From an uncultured beta proteobacterium (GTDB lineage Bacteria; Pseudomonadota; Gammaproteobacteria; Burkholderiales; Burkholderiaceae_C): DNA of 64,000 bases. The notes beneath the pieces are model-generated. The model ran no database searches, was not told the origin of the DNA, and was given only the letters and a program-made list of their open reading frames with translations. Of this stretch, positions 33,626 to 43,969 are shown piece after piece; the first letter of the stretch is position 1, and each line of letters opens with the position of its first letter. The stretch lies in NCBI GenBank assembly GCA_963788635.1, contig CAWBHE010000014.1:15405-79404 (forward strand). The letters are read 5' to 3'. A program made the translations under genes and the position numbers.

Positions 33626-34530
33626 TTGCCGAACAGGCTCTCGATCAGGTCGACGGCGAGCAGCGCGGTCTTGTTGCGCACGTCCAGCGCCGGGTTCAGC
33701 TCCATCACGTCCAGGCTGGCCAGGCGGCCGGTGTCGGCGATCATCTCCATGCACAGCTGGGCTTCGCGGTAGGTCGGCCCGCCGGGCACGGTGGTGCCGA
33801 CGCCGGGGGCGATCTCGGGGTCGAGGAAGTCGACGTCGAAGCTGACGTGCAGGTGGGTGTTCGCGTCCAGCGTGGCGAGCGCGAGCTCCATCGTGTGGCG
33901 CATGCCCATCTCGTCGATGTAGCGCATGTCGAAGACCTCGAGCCCGACCTCGTGGACGAAGCGCTTCTCGAGCGCGTCGACGCTGCGGATGCCGATCTGG
34001 CGGATGGACTTGGGGCTGAGCGCCGGCACCGTGCCGCCGATCTCGATCAGCTCGCGCGGCCCGTGGCCGCACAGGCAGGCGACCGGCATGCCGTGGAGGT
34101 TGCCGCTGGGGGTGAGCACGCGGGTGTTGAAGTCGGCGTGCGCGTCGAGCCACAGCACGCGCAGCTTCTTGCCGGCCTCGCGGCAGTGGCGCGCCACCGC
34201 GCCGATCGAGCCGATGCCCAGGCAATGGTCGCCGCCGAGCAGGATCGGCAGGCGCGACTGCCGCAGCTCGGCGAGCACGGCGTCGTGCACGCTGCGGTTC
34301 CAGGCCACGACCTCGTCCAGATGCCGGTAGCCGCCCGTCGGCGGGAGCCAGGGGTTGGCCGGGCCGGCGAGGTTGCCGCGGTCGACGACCTCGACGCCGT
34401 GGCCTTCGAGGGCGGTCTGCAGGCCGGCCACGCGCAGCGCTTCCGGGCCCATGCTCGCGCCGCGCGCGCCGGCGCCGATGTCGGTGGGCGCGCCGATCAG
34501 GCTGATGCCGCGCCGGGCTTCAGCCTTCAT
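33598..34530 (-). CDS. rocF: arginase
   Basis: LGGDH, DAHADFN, SGNLHGMP, SFDVDFLDP, ELNP. Confidence 0.93.
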   Translation of the reverse strand: MKAEARRGISLIGAPTDIGAGARGASMGPEALRVAGLQTALEGHGVEVVDRGNLAGPANPWLPPTGGYRHLDEVVAWNRSVHDAVLAELRQSRLPILLGGDHCLGIGSIGAVARHCREAGKKLRVLWLDAHADFNTRVLTPSGNLHGMPVACLCGHGPRELIEIGGTVPALSPKSIRQIGIRSVDALEKRFVHEVGLEVFDMRYIDEMGMRHTMELALATLDANTHLHVSFDVDFLDPEIAPGVGTTVPGGPTYREAQLCMEMIADTGRLASLDVMELNPALDVRNKTALLAVDLIESLFGKSTLMRDRS

Positions 34531-35425
34531 CGGCGGGCTCCGCGGCGGCGGCATCCGTCGGCTCGAAGCCGTAGAAATCGGCCAGGTGCGCCCAGGCCTG
34601 CTCGGCGGTCTCGACGAAGTGGAACAGGCTCACGTCGCCGGCGCTGATCATCCCGGTGTCGACGAGGTGCTGGAAGTCGACCAGCTTCTCCCAGAACGCG
34701 CGCCCGAAGAGCAGGATCGGCCGCGGCCGGCTCTTGCCGGTCTGGATCAGCGTCATCGTCTCGAACAGCTCGTCGAGCGTGCCGAAACCGCCCGGGAAGC
34801 ACACCAGCGCGATGCTGCGCATCACGAAGTGCATCTTGCGCAGCGCGAAGTAGTGGAACTGGAAGCACAGCTCGGGCGTGATGTACGGATTCGGCGCCTG
34901 CTCGTGCGGCAGCACGATGTTCAGCCCGATGCTCTTGCCGCCGACGTCGTGCGCGCCGCGGTTGCCGGCCTCCATGATGCCGGGCCCGCCGCCGGTGACG
35001 ACGTAGATCGGCGTGCGGTGCGTCTGCGAGCGGCTCGTCACCAGACCGGCGAAGCGGCGCGCCTCGTCGTAGTAGCGGCTCATCGTGAGCGCGGTCTCGG
35101 CGCGCGCCACAGTGGCCGCGTCGCTGCCGGCGCGCGCCGCGCGCAGCTGTTCGGCCGCGGCCTCGGGCGGCACGATGCGCGCGCTGCCGAAGATCACGAT
35201 CGTCGATTCGATGCCCTGTTCCTGCTGCACCATCTCGGGCTTGAGCAGCTCGAGCTGCATGCGCACCGGACGCAGTTCCTCGCGCAGCAGGAAGGCGGTG
35301 TCGGTGAACGCGAGCCGGTAGGCGCTCTCCGGCCCGGCATAGCGCATGGTGGTTTCCAGCGCGCGCGCCTCTTCCTCGGCGCTGGGGAAGTTGCGCGCGG
35401 TGAGTTCGTGGCGCTTGTCGGTCAT
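34520..35425 (-). CDS. LOG family Rossmann-fold protein
   Basis: FGSAR, TGGGPGIMEA, PGGFGTLDE. Confidence 0.9.
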   Translation of the reverse strand: MTDKRHELTARNFPSAEEEARALETTMRYAGPESAYRLAFTDTAFLLREELRPVRMQLELLKPEMVQQEQGIESTIVIFGSARIVPPEAAAEQLRAARAGSDAATVARAETALTMSRYYDEARRFAGLVTSRSQTHRTPIYVVTGGGPGIMEAGNRGAHDVGGKSIGLNIVLPHEQAPNPYITPELCFQFHYFALRKMHFVMRSIALVCFPGGFGTLDELFETMTLIQTGKSRPRPILLFGRAFWEKLVDFQHLVDTGMISAGDVSLFHFVETAEQAWAHLADFYGFEPTDAAAAEPADEG

Positions 35426-35435
35426 GGTCCCGAGC

Positions 35436-36181
35436 TTAGCCGCACACCGGGCAGGCAGCCTGGCGCGCGACGGCGATCTCGTCCCAGCGCATCGTCGTCG
35501 CGTCGAGCATCAGCAGCCGGCCGGCGAGCGAGCTGCCGATGCCGGCGAGCAGCTTCAGGGCCTCGGCCGCCTGCACGCAGCCGACGATGCCGACCAGCGG
35601 CGCGAACACGCCCATCGTCGCGCAGGCGACCTCCTCGAACGCCGCGTCGGGCGGGAACAGGCAGGCGTAGCAGGGCGCGCCGCTCTGGCGCGTGTCGTAG
35701 ACCGACACCTGCGCGTCGAAGCCGATCGCCGCGCCCGAGACGAGCGGCTTGCGGTGCGTCACGCAGGCGGCGTTGACGGCCTGGCGGGTGCGGAAGTTGT
35801 CGCTGCAGTCGAGCACGACGTCGACGCCGGGCAGCAGCGCGTCGAGCAGCGCCGCGTCGGCACGCTGCGACGAGCGCGTCGACGTGCACGTCGGGGTTGA
35901 TCGCGCCCAGCGTGTGGCGCAGCGACTGCGGCCTTCGGCTGGCCGATGCGGGAGAGGTTGTGCGCGATCTGGCGCTGCAGGTTGGTCAGCTCGACGTCGT
36001 CGTCGTCGACCACCGTGATCCGGCCGACGCCGGCGCTGCCCAGGTACAGCGCGGCCGGCGAGCCCAGCCCGCCGGCGCCGATGACCAAGGCGTGCGCCGA
36101 GAGCCAGCGCCGCTGGCCTTCGACGCCGATCGCGTCGAGCAGCAGGTGGCGCGAATAGCGCAGCAGCTGGTCGTCGTTCAT
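35436..36181 (-). CDS. HesA/MoeB/ThiF family adenylyltransferase (frameshifted)
   Basis: RYSRHLLL, GAGGLGSP, NLQRQ, DCSDNF, CYAC. Confidence 0.88.
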
Positions 36182-36215
36182 GGCCGGGCCCGCGGGTCGG
36201 CGCCCGGGCGGAGGC

Positions 36216-37676
36216 TCAACGCGCCGGGGTGGCGTCGGCGTCGGCCTCGGCCTTGCGCTCGACGGCGGTCTTGCTGACGACCACCGGCAGCCCGCGCAAC
36301 TCGTTGACCGCCTGCACGAGCGGGAAGTCGTCGGCGCTGCCGAACTCGGGCAGCGGCTTGGGCGTTTCCTTGGCCTTGGCGATCTGCGCCTCGAGCTTGG
36401 CACGCGCCTCGTCGCGCAGCTTCTCGGCCGCCATGTCCTTCTTCTCGTCCGGGCCCGCCAGGTGCTGGGCGAGGTCGGCCTCGCGCGTGCGCAGCAGCGC
36501 GAAGACGTTGCCTTCGGCGGTCTCGTCGAGCCAGATGTCGGGCACGATGCCCTTGGACTGGATCGAGCGGCCCGACGGCGTGTAGTAGCGCGCGGTGGTG
36601 ATCTTCAGCGCGGTGTCGGCCGACAGCGGGCGCACGGTCTGCACCGAGCCCTTGCCGAAGGTCTGCGCGCCCATCACGGTGGCGCGCTTGTGGTCCTGCA
36701 GCGCACCGGCGACGATCTCGCTGGCCGAGGCCGAGCCTTCGTTGACCAGCACCACCAGCGGCACCGTCTTCAGCGCCGCCGGCAGGCCGCGCAGCGGGTC
36801 GTTGAAGGCGCCGCGGCGCGCGTAGTACTCGGGCGAGGCCTTGAAGGTGGCGCGGGACTCGGGGATCTGGCCCTTGGTGCTGACGACCACGTCGTCGGCC
36901 GGCAGGAAGGCGGCGGCGACCGCCACCGCGCCGTCGAGCAGGCCACCGGGGTCGTTGCGAAGATCGAGCACCATGCCCTTGATGTTCGGATCCTGCTTGT
37001 ACAGGGCTTGGACCTTGTTCGCGAAGTCGTCCACCGTGCGGTCCTGGAACTGGGTGATGCGCACCCAGGCGTAGCCGGGGGCGAACATCTTCGCGCGCAC
37101 GCTCTGGACCTGGATCTCCGCACGCGTGATGGTCACCGGGAAGCTGCGGTTCTCGGCCTTGCGGAAGATCGTCAGCGTGACCTTGGTGCCGGGGTCGCCG
37201 CGCATCTTCTTGACCGCCTGGTCGACGGTCAGGCCCTTGACCGCGGTGTCGTCGATGCGCGTGATCAGGTCGCCCGGCTTGAGGCCGGCGCGGAAGGCGG
37301 GCGAGCCCTCGATCGGCGAGACGACCTTGACGAGGCCGTCCTCCATGCCCATCTCGATGCCGATGCCGACGAACTTGCCGCCGGTGGCTTCACGGAATTC
37401 CTTGAAGCTCTTCTTGTCGAAATACTGCGAGTGCGGGTCCAGCCCCGCGACCATGCCCGAGATGGCGTCGGAGATGAGCTTCTTCTCGTCGACCGGCTCG
37501 ACGTAGTCGGACTTGATCATGCCGAACACGGCGGCGAACTGCTGCAGTTCCTCCAGCGGCAGCGGGGCCAGCGAATCGCGCGCGTTGGCCTGCAGCTGCA
37601 AGGTGGTCAGCACCCCGGCCAACGCACCGACGGCGAGCAGCCCAGCGACTCTCAGTTTCGCACCCATCTTCGACAC
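36216..37676 (-). CDS. ctpA: carboxy-terminal processing protease (S41, PDZ)
   Basis: LDPHS, DLRNDPGG, SASASEIVAGALQD, TFGKGSVQ. Confidence 0.92.
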   Translation of the reverse strand: MSKMGAKLRVAGLLAVGALAGVLTTLQLQANARDSLAPLPLEELQQFAAVFGMIKSDYVEPVDEKKLISDAISGMVAGLDPHSQYFDKKSFKEFREATGGKFVGIGIEMGMEDGLVKVVSPIEGSPAFRAGLKPGDLITRIDDTAVKGLTVDQAVKKMRGDPGTKVTLTIFRKAENRSFPVTITRAEIQVQSVRAKMFAPGYAWVRITQFQDRTVDDFANKVQALYKQDPNIKGMVLDLRNDPGGLLDGAVAVAAAFLPADDVVVSTKGQIPESRATFKASPEYYARRGAFNDPLRGLPAALKTVPLVVLVNEGSASASEIVAGALQDHKRATVMGAQTFGKGSVQTVRPLSADTALKITTARYYTPSGRSIQSKGIVPDIWLDETAEGNVFALLRTREADLAQHLAGPDEKKDMAAEKLRDEARAKLEAQIAKAKETPKPLPEFGSADDFPLVQAVNELRGLPVVVSKTAVERKAEADADATPAR

Positions 37677-37938
37677 GCCTCCGGCGAATGAACCTTCTCG
37701 CGGCAGTATAGAACCCCACCCTCGTCTGGACGGTTGCGCCCCGGCAAAGTTGCGCGGTCCCCGCGCTGCCAGCGGCAGGAATGCGCGCCCCGAGGTCGCG
37801 CAGCACCGGCGAGAGGGCGGATTGTCCGCTGGCGGCCGTTCCGTGCGGGCCGCGGGGGCAAGCGGGGTTTCGGTGGTGGGCCGGCCGTGCCATCGTGCCG
37901 GGACCCTGCAACTTGTTACCGACGGTCACGGTGAAGCG

Positions 37939-37966
37939 TCAAGTTCGCGGCCGCGGCGGCCGATAG
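37939..37966 (+). promoter_or_regulatory. sigma28 (FliA) promoter
   Basis: TCAAG-N15-GCCGATAG, same geometry as the MCP promoter. Confidence 0.65.
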
Positions 37967-37973
37967 CCGGGGC

Positions 37974-38372
37974 ATGAACGAGTTGCCGCGCCAGTTTCTG
38001 CCCGACCGCGCCGCGGCCGCCGCTGCAGCGGGCTGGCCCGTGGGGCGGCGGGTGCCGCGGGCGTGTGACGAGGCGCTCACCGGCACCACCCGAACCTGGC
38101 TGCGCCGGCTGCCCGCCCGGCGCCGTCCGCTGCGGCTGTGCGAGCGCTTCCCCCGCGTGGCCAACCGCATCGCCTGGTGCTGGTCGGATGTCCGACTCGC
38201 CGACCAGGTGCTCGACGACCTGCTCGTCGATCGCCGTGGCGGCCGCCAGGGGTTCCCGCCGGCGATCGTCGCGGAGCTGCGCCGGCTGCGCGAATTCAAC
38301 GACCGCTTGCGCGCCGAGCCGCCGGCGCAGGGCTTCTGGGCCGCGTTGCGGCAGTCGCTGCCGCTGGACTGA
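37974..38372 (+). CDS. conserved hypothetical protein (132 aa)
   Basis: FPRVANRIA..W...LDDLLVDRRGGRQGFP motif; sigma28 promoter directly upstream. Confidence 0.7.
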   Translation: MNELPRQFLPDRAAAAAAAGWPVGRRVPRACDEALTGTTRTWLRRLPARRRPLRLCERFPRVANRIAWCWSDVRLADQVLDDLLVDRRGGRQGFPPAIVAELRRLREFNDRLRAEPPAQGFWAALRQSLPLD

Positions 38373-38417
38373 CTTCGCTGGGCAAGCCGAGCGAGCGCGA
38401 CGGCAGCGCCGAGACGG

Positions 38418-39311
38418 TCAGGCCGGCGCGCGGCCGGCGGCGCGCCGGCGTGTCAGCTTCAGCGCCAGCAGCGCCGTGCCGATGACGACGAACGAGACGA
38501 CGGTGGTCACGGTGCCCAGCGCGTAGATCGCCGGCGTCGTCACGGTCGCGGTCAGGCCCTGCAGCTCGAGCGGCAGCGTGTTGAGGTCGCCGATCGCCTG
38601 CGAGGTGCGTGCGATCTCGTCCCAGCTCAGCGTGAAGCCGAACATGCCGACACCGACCAGGCTGGGCGCGATCAGCGGCAGCACGACATGGCGCAAGCTC
38701 TGCCACGGAGTCGCGCCGAGGTCGGCCGCGGCTTCCTCGTAGGCCGGGTCGAAGCGGTTGAACACGGCGAGCATGATCAGCAGCCCGAACGGCAGCGTCC
38801 AGCTCAGGTGCGCGCCGAGGGCGGAGCTGAAGATGCCCATCGCGCCGCCGTAGCTGTCGGCGAGCGCCGAGAACCCGAGCGCGTTGAGCGTGGCCTTGAC
38901 CGCGTCGTCGATGAGCCGGAACTGCAGCCCGATGCCCAGCGAGACGACGATCGACGGCATGATCAGGCTCGCGACCGCGGTGTAGAAGAGCAGCGTCGAG
39001 CCCCGGAAGCGCTTGCGGAACGCGAGGCCGGCGCCGAGCGAGAGCAGCACCGTCAGCGCCATCACCGTCAGGCCGAGCGCGATCGAGCGCCGGAACGCGC
39101 CCGCGATGTCGACCACGCCCAGACCCTGCCAGAGCTGGACGAACCAGTGCAGCGAGACGCCGCGCATCGGGAAGGTCAGCCCGCCCTCGGGGCCCTGGAA
39201 GCTGAGCACGAAGATCGTGATCATCGGCCCGTAGAGGAACAGCACGAACAACCCGACCACCGCGGCGAGCGGGTAGAACGATGTCGGCCGCGCCTCGCGC
39301 CGGGTTCCCAT
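38418..39311 (-). CDS. ABC permease (PotC-like)
   Basis: EEAAADLGA loop, FTLSWDE. Confidence 0.88.
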   Translation of the reverse strand: MGTRREARPTSFYPLAAVVGLFVLFLYGPMITIFVLSFQGPEGGLTFPMRGVSLHWFVQLWQGLGVVDIAGAFRRSIALGLTVMALTVLLSLGAGLAFRKRFRGSTLLFYTAVASLIMPSIVVSLGIGLQFRLIDDAVKATLNALGFSALADSYGGAMGIFSSALGAHLSWTLPFGLLIMLAVFNRFDPAYEEAAADLGATPWQSLRHVVLPLIAPSLVGVGMFGFTLSWDEIARTSQAIGDLNTLPLELQGLTATVTTPAIYALGTVTTVVSFVVIGTALLALKLTRRRAAGRAPA

Positions 39312-40189
39312 CAAAGCTCCTTGCGGATGTCGACCAGGCGCGTCAGCCCGAAGATCATCAGCAGCGTCAGCGCCAGCAGCGTCACCGCGTTCGCCGCCGC
39401 GGCCGGGAACTGCAGGTACGAGGTCTCGACCTGGATGATCTTGCCGACCGACGCGATCTGCTGCCCGCCCATCACGCCGATCGTCACGAAGTCGCCCATC
39501 ACGATCGTGATGACGAAGATCGAGCCGATCACGATGCCGGTGCGCGACAGCGGCAGCACGACGTTCCACACCGTCTGCCAGCCGCTCGCGCCGGCGTCGC
39601 GGGCGGCCTCGATCAGCGAGCGGTCGATGCGCATCATCGAGTTGAAGATCGGCACGATCATGAACATCGTGTACAGGTGCACGAACGCGAGCACGACCGA
39701 GAAGTCGGAGTAGAGCAGCCACTCGACCGGCGCGTGGACCAGGCCCATGCCGCGCAACGCGTCGTTGATCAGCCCGTTGCGCCCGAGCAGCGGGATCCAC
39801 GAGATCATCCGGATCACGTTGCTGGTCCAGAACGGCACCGTGCAGACGATGAACAGCAGCATCTGCGTGCCGACCTTGCGCACGTGGAAGGCCATGAAGT
39901 AGGCCACCGTGAAGCCGATCGCCAGCGTGATGCCCCAGACCAGCAGGCAGAACTGCAGCGTCGAGAGATAGGTCTTGAAGGCGACGCACAGCTCGGTCGT
40001 GCTGGCGCAGCCGTGGAAGGCGTCGACGTAGTTCTGCGCCGTGAACGCCGGGATCAGGTCGTAGTCGGTCGCGCGCCAGAAGCTCACCACCACCACGAGG
40101 GCGAGCGGGAGCACCAGGAACGCCACCAACACGAACGTGAACGGCGCGGCCTGCAGCCACGCCGAGACGCCGCTGCGCGCACGGCTCAC
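39311..40189 (-). CDS. ABC permease (PotB-like)
   Basis: PFWTSNVIR, EAARDAGA loop. Confidence 0.88.
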   Translation of the reverse strand: MSRARSGVSAWLQAAPFTFVLVAFLVLPLALVVVVSFWRATDYDLIPAFTAQNYVDAFHGCASTTELCVAFKTYLSTLQFCLLVWGITLAIGFTVAYFMAFHVRKVGTQMLLFIVCTVPFWTSNVIRMISWIPLLGRNGLINDALRGMGLVHAPVEWLLYSDFSVVLAFVHLYTMFMIVPIFNSMMRIDRSLIEAARDAGASGWQTVWNVVLPLSRTGIVIGSIFVITIVMGDFVTIGVMGGQQIASVGKIIQVETSYLQFPAAAANAVTLLALTLLMIFGLTRLVDIRKEL

Positions 40190-40201
40190 CGCCGAGCCCC
40201 G

Positions 40202-41461
40202 TCAGGCCGCGACGAACTCATTCCACTTCTGAACCATGTACGCGTTCTCGTCCATCACCGCGTTCCAGCAGGCGATCGCGCCCATCCGGGTCTCGTAGCT
40301 GCCGCCGTCGCGCACGCTGCCGGCCTTCGCGAGCAGGTCGCCGTGCGGCGACTTGATGTCCTGCGCCGCGGGCTTGCCTTCCATCCAGTACGCCCACTCG
40401 TAGGGCGCCATCTGGGCCTTCGCGGTCTCGAGCACGGCGCTGTAGTAGCCCTGGCGGTTCAGGTAGGCGCCGGCCCAGCCGTCGAGGAACCAGTTGATGA
40501 ACTCGTAGACCCCGTCGGCCTTGCGACCGTGGACGGTCTTGGGCACGCCGAAGCCCGAGGCCCAGGCGCGGTAGCCTTCCTTCAGCGGCTGGAAGGTGCA
40601 GGCGATGCCCTTCGTGCGCACCGCGGTCACGGCCGGCGACCACATCGACTGGATCACGACCTCGCCCGAGGCCATCAGGTTCACGCTCTCGTTGAAGTCC
40701 TTCCAGAGCGCGCGGAACTGGCCCGCCTTCTTCGCCTCGATCAGCGTCTTGATCGTCAGGTCGATCTCCGGCCGCGTCATGTTGCCCTTGTCCGGGTACT
40801 TGTGCAGGCCCAGCGCCTCGACGACCATCGCCGCGTCCATGATGCCGATCGACGGGATGTTCAGGATCGACGCGCGGCCCTTGAACTCCGGGTTCAGCAG
40901 CTCCTTCCAGCTCTCGATCGGGCGCTTGATCAGGTCCGGCCGGATGCCCAGCGTGTCGGCGTTGTAGACCGTCGGGATCAGCGTCATGTAGCGCGTCGGG
41001 TGCGTCGCGAACACCTTGGACGTCGGCGACTCGAGGTACATCACCTTCTTCGGCGCGGTGCCCTGGTCGCCGACCTTCTTGCCGTCGATCTCGCCCTTCG
41101 TGAACAGCGTCGTGATCTTGCCGGCGTTCTTGATCCGCGTCGTGTCGATGCCGAGCAGGTTGCCCGACGGGATGATCTTCTTCAGCGAGAAGAACTCGGT
41201 GTCGATCAGGTCGAACGAATTCGGCGCGGTGACGGCGCGCTTGGTCACGTCGTCGGTCGTGACCGGGATGTAGTCGATCGTGATCCCGGTGTCGGCCTTG
41301 AACTTGTCGGCGATCTCCTTGTCCTGGTTCACCGCGGTGCCGAGGTAGCGCAGCGTGATCTTCTCCTGCGCGTGGACGAACGGGAAACCCAGCGCGCCGC
41401 CCGCGGCCGCGGCGCCCTTCAGCAGGGTGCGGCGGGTGGCATTGGGCTTTGGATCGGACAT
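40202..41461 (-). CDS. Tat-exported ABC solute-binding protein (PotD/PotF-like fold)
   Basis: TRRTLLK twin-arginine signal; in operon with permeases and ATPase. Confidence 0.85.
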   Translation of the reverse strand: MSDPKPNATRRTLLKGAAAAGGALGFPFVHAQEKITLRYLGTAVNQDKEIADKFKADTGITIDYIPVTTDDVTKRAVTAPNSFDLIDTEFFSLKKIIPSGNLLGIDTTRIKNAGKITTLFTKGEIDGKKVGDQGTAPKKVMYLESPTSKVFATHPTRYMTLIPTVYNADTLGIRPDLIKRPIESWKELLNPEFKGRASILNIPSIGIMDAAMVVEALGLHKYPDKGNMTRPEIDLTIKTLIEAKKAGQFRALWKDFNESVNLMASGEVVIQSMWSPAVTAVRTKGIACTFQPLKEGYRAWASGFGVPKTVHGRKADGVYEFINWFLDGWAGAYLNRQGYYSAVLETAKAQMAPYEWAYWMEGKPAAQDIKSPHGDLLAKAGSVRDGGSYETRMGAIACWNAVMDENAYMVQKWNEFVAA

Positions 41462-41518
41462 GTTCGGCTCCTGGAGGGGTTGCAGAGGAAGAAGGACGTG
41501 GAAACTCGGAAGACGGAT

Positions 41519-42519
41519 TCAGGCCAGCGCGTGCGCTTCGTCCGGCGCCCACGAGACGACCACCGTCTCGCCGGGCTGCAGCGGCTGGGCGTCGAATTGC
41601 GCGTCGGCCAGCGTCACGACCCACGGCGCGTCGACGGGGTCGGTCGGCGTCAGGCTGACCTGGACATGGGTGCCCTGGTACTCGACCGCGCGCACCGAGG
41701 CCCGGCGCGTGTCGTGGCCGGGCACCGAAGCGCCGCGCTGGAGCCGCAGCCGGTCCGAACGGACGGCGACGTTGCCGGCCCCGGTGGCGATCACGTTGTG
41801 CGCGCCGATGAAGCGGGCGACGAACTCGGAACGCGGTCGGTTGAACACCTCGCGCGGCGAGCCGGTCTGCTCGATGCGGCCCTGGTTCATCACGACGATC
41901 TGGTCGGCCAGCGCCATCGCCTCTTCCTGCGAATGCGTGACATGGACGAACGTGAATGCCCAGCTCCTGCTGCCAGCGCTTCAACTCGGCGCGCATCTGC
42001 ACGCGCAGGAAGGGGTCGAGCGCCGAGAGCGGCTCGTCGAGCAGCAGCACGCGCGGCTCGGTCATCAGCGCGCGCGCCAAGCGCCACGCGCTGCTGCTGG
42101 CCGCCCGACAGCTCGCCGGGCCGGCGCGCGAGATACGGCGTCATCGCGACGAGCTCGAGCAACTCCTTCGCGCGCGCATGCCGCTCGGCGACCGCCTTGC
42201 CGCGCATCTTCCAGCTGAAGGCGACGTTGTCGAGCACGTTCAGGTGCGGGAACAGCGCGTAGCTCTGGAACATCATCGCCGTGCCGCGGTCGGCCGCGGC
42301 GCTGTCGGTGATGTACTTGCCGCCGAGCAGGATCTGCCCGCTCGTCACCGACTCGTGGCCGGCGATCATGCGCAGCGTCGAGGTCTTGCCGCAGCCCGAA
42401 GGCCCGAGCAGGCAGCAGTAGCTGCCCGACGGGATGCTCAGGTCGATGCCGGCCACGGCCACCGTCTCGCCGTAGCGCTTTTCGAGTGCGGTGAGCACGA
42501 GCTTGGAGTCAACGACCAT
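41519..42519 (-). CDS. ABC ATPase (PotA-like, frameshifted)
   Basis: [22 protein letters not shown]; TOBE-like tail. Confidence 0.88.
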
Positions 42520-42530
42520 GCACCCCTGTA

Positions 42531-42546
42531 TGCAAAGCCTGTGCCA
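42531..42546 (-). promoter_or_regulatory. sigma54 promoter of the ABC operon
   Basis: minus strand TGGCACAGGCTTTGCA, canonical -24/-12. Confidence 0.8.
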
Positions 42547-42608
42547 CGAAGGGGCTTCGCGATGACGGGGCGCGAGACGCGCCGGCCGGCCGGATCCGAA
42601 CCCTGGCA

Positions 42609-42658
42609 CGCACCACGCCGGTCCGTCGTCGGCGATCGTGGCGCCCGCGTTTGGGGCG
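42609..42658. promoter_or_regulatory. putative tandem NtrC-type enhancer sites
   Basis: CGCACCACGCCGGTCCG (42609-42625) and CGCCCGCGTTTGGGGCG (42642-42658), 33 bp apart; resemble TGCACCA-N3-TGGTGCA. Confidence 0.45.
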
Positions 42659-42675
42659 TCCGCGCGGTCGGACGC

Positions 42676-42691
42676 CGGCGCGCGACTTGCA
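42676..42691 (+). promoter_or_regulatory. sigma54 promoter of the racemase gene
   Basis: CGGCGCGCGACTTGCA (GG-N10-GC). Confidence 0.6.
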
Positions 42692-42759
42692 ATCGCAGTG
42701 GCTTGTCCCGCGCAACGCGTCGATGCGACGCCGCCGCAGGACGCCATGGAGATGCGCGC

Positions 42760-43491
42760 ATGAAGATCCTCGTCGTCAACCCGAACACCAGCGCCGCGAT
42801 GACGGCCCGCATAGCCGCCGCCGCCGCCGCGGTCGCCGCGCCCGGCACCTTGGTGGACGCGGTGAATCCCAGCTTCGGTGCGCCGTCGATCGAGGACCAT
42901 CACGACGATGTCTGGGCCGCCGCCGGCGTGCTCGAGCAGGTGCGCCGCGGCCAGGCCGAAGGCGCCGACGCGTTCGTGATCGCCTGCTTCGGCGACCCCG
43001 GTCTGCACGCGGCGCGCGAGGTCGCCGACGGCCCGGTGATCGGCATCGCCGAAGCCGCGTTCCACGCCGCCAGCCTGCTCGCGACCGGGTTCTCGGTCGT
43101 CACGACGCTGACCCGGACCTGCGTGATCGCCGAACACCTGGTGCTTCAGTACGGCTTCGAGCGCAAGTGCCGCGGCATCCACGGCACCGACATCGCGGTG
43201 CTCGATCTGGAATGCGACGACGGCGCCACCGTCGAGCGCATCCACGACGTGGCGCGCCAGGCCCTCGAGCGCGACCGCAGCGGCGCGATCGTGCTCGGCT
43301 GCGCCGGCATGGCCGACCTGTGCCATACGCTGCAGCAGCGGCTGGGCGTGCCGGTGATCGACGGCGTCGGCGCCGCGGTCAAGTTCGCCGAGGCGCTGGT
43401 CGGCCTGGGTCTGCGCACCAGCAAGCGCGGCGACTACGCACCGCCGCTGGCCAAGCGCTACGCCGGGCTCGCGCAGCCCTTTTCGCCCTGA
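42760..43491 (+). CDS. hydantoin/allantoin racemase family
   Basis: MKILVVNPNT, IACFGDPGL, VLGCAGM (two catalytic Cys). Confidence 0.9.
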   Translation: MKILVVNPNTSAAMTARIAAAAAAVAAPGTLVDAVNPSFGAPSIEDHHDDVWAAAGVLEQVRRGQAEGADAFVIACFGDPGLHAAREVADGPVIGIAEAAFHAASLLATGFSVVTTLTRTCVIAEHLVLQYGFERKCRGIHGTDIAVLDLECDDGATVERIHDVARQALERDRSGAIVLGCAGMADLCHTLQQRLGVPVIDGVGAAVKFAEALVGLGLRTSKRGDYAPPLAKRYAGLAQPFSP

Positions 43492-43499
43492 GCGGCCGG

Positions 43500-43515
43500 C
43501 GGCATGCGACTTGCT
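43500..43515 (+). promoter_or_regulatory. internal sigma54 promoter
   Basis: CGGCATGCGACTTGCT (GG-N10-GC) in the short gap after the racemase. Confidence 0.6.
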
Positions 43516-43548
43516 GCCAGGCCAGGCGATGCCCGCCCGAGACCCGCC

Positions 43549-43956
43549 ATGCCCGATGAACCCGCCGAGATGACGCCGGCCACGCTGGTCGACGAGTACC
43601 TGCGCCGGCTGATGATTCCCGACCCGGTCGCGGCCAGCCGCCTGGTCGCGAGCGACCTGCGCATCCGCTTCACCGGCGGGCGCCTGATGCGCGAGCCGGC
43701 CGAATGTGCGGCCTTCAATGCCGCGCGCTACCGCTGGGTGAAGAAGCGCGTCGACGCGACCGAGACCGTCGCCGGTGGCACGCCCGAACACACGGTCGTC
43801 TACAGCCTGGGCAGCCTGTACGGCGAATGGCCGGACGGCACCGCGTTCGAAGGCAACCGCTACGTCGACCGCTATGTCGTTCGCCACGGACGCATCGCGC
43901 AGATGGACGTCTGGAACGACAGCGCCGAATGGCTGCTCGTGCGCGCCGGGCTTTGA
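43549..43956 (+). CDS. NTF2/SnoaL-like protein
   Basis: YRWVKK, GSLYGEWPDGTAFEGNRYVDRY, DVWNDSAE; start could be 43570. Confidence 0.75.
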   Translation: MPDEPAEMTPATLVDEYLRRLMIPDPVAASRLVASDLRIRFTGGRLMREPAECAAFNAARYRWVKKRVDATETVAGGTPEHTVVYSLGSLYGEWPDGTAFEGNRYVDRYVVRHGRIAQMDVWNDSAEWLLVRAGL

Positions 43957-43969
43957 GCGCGGGACGATC

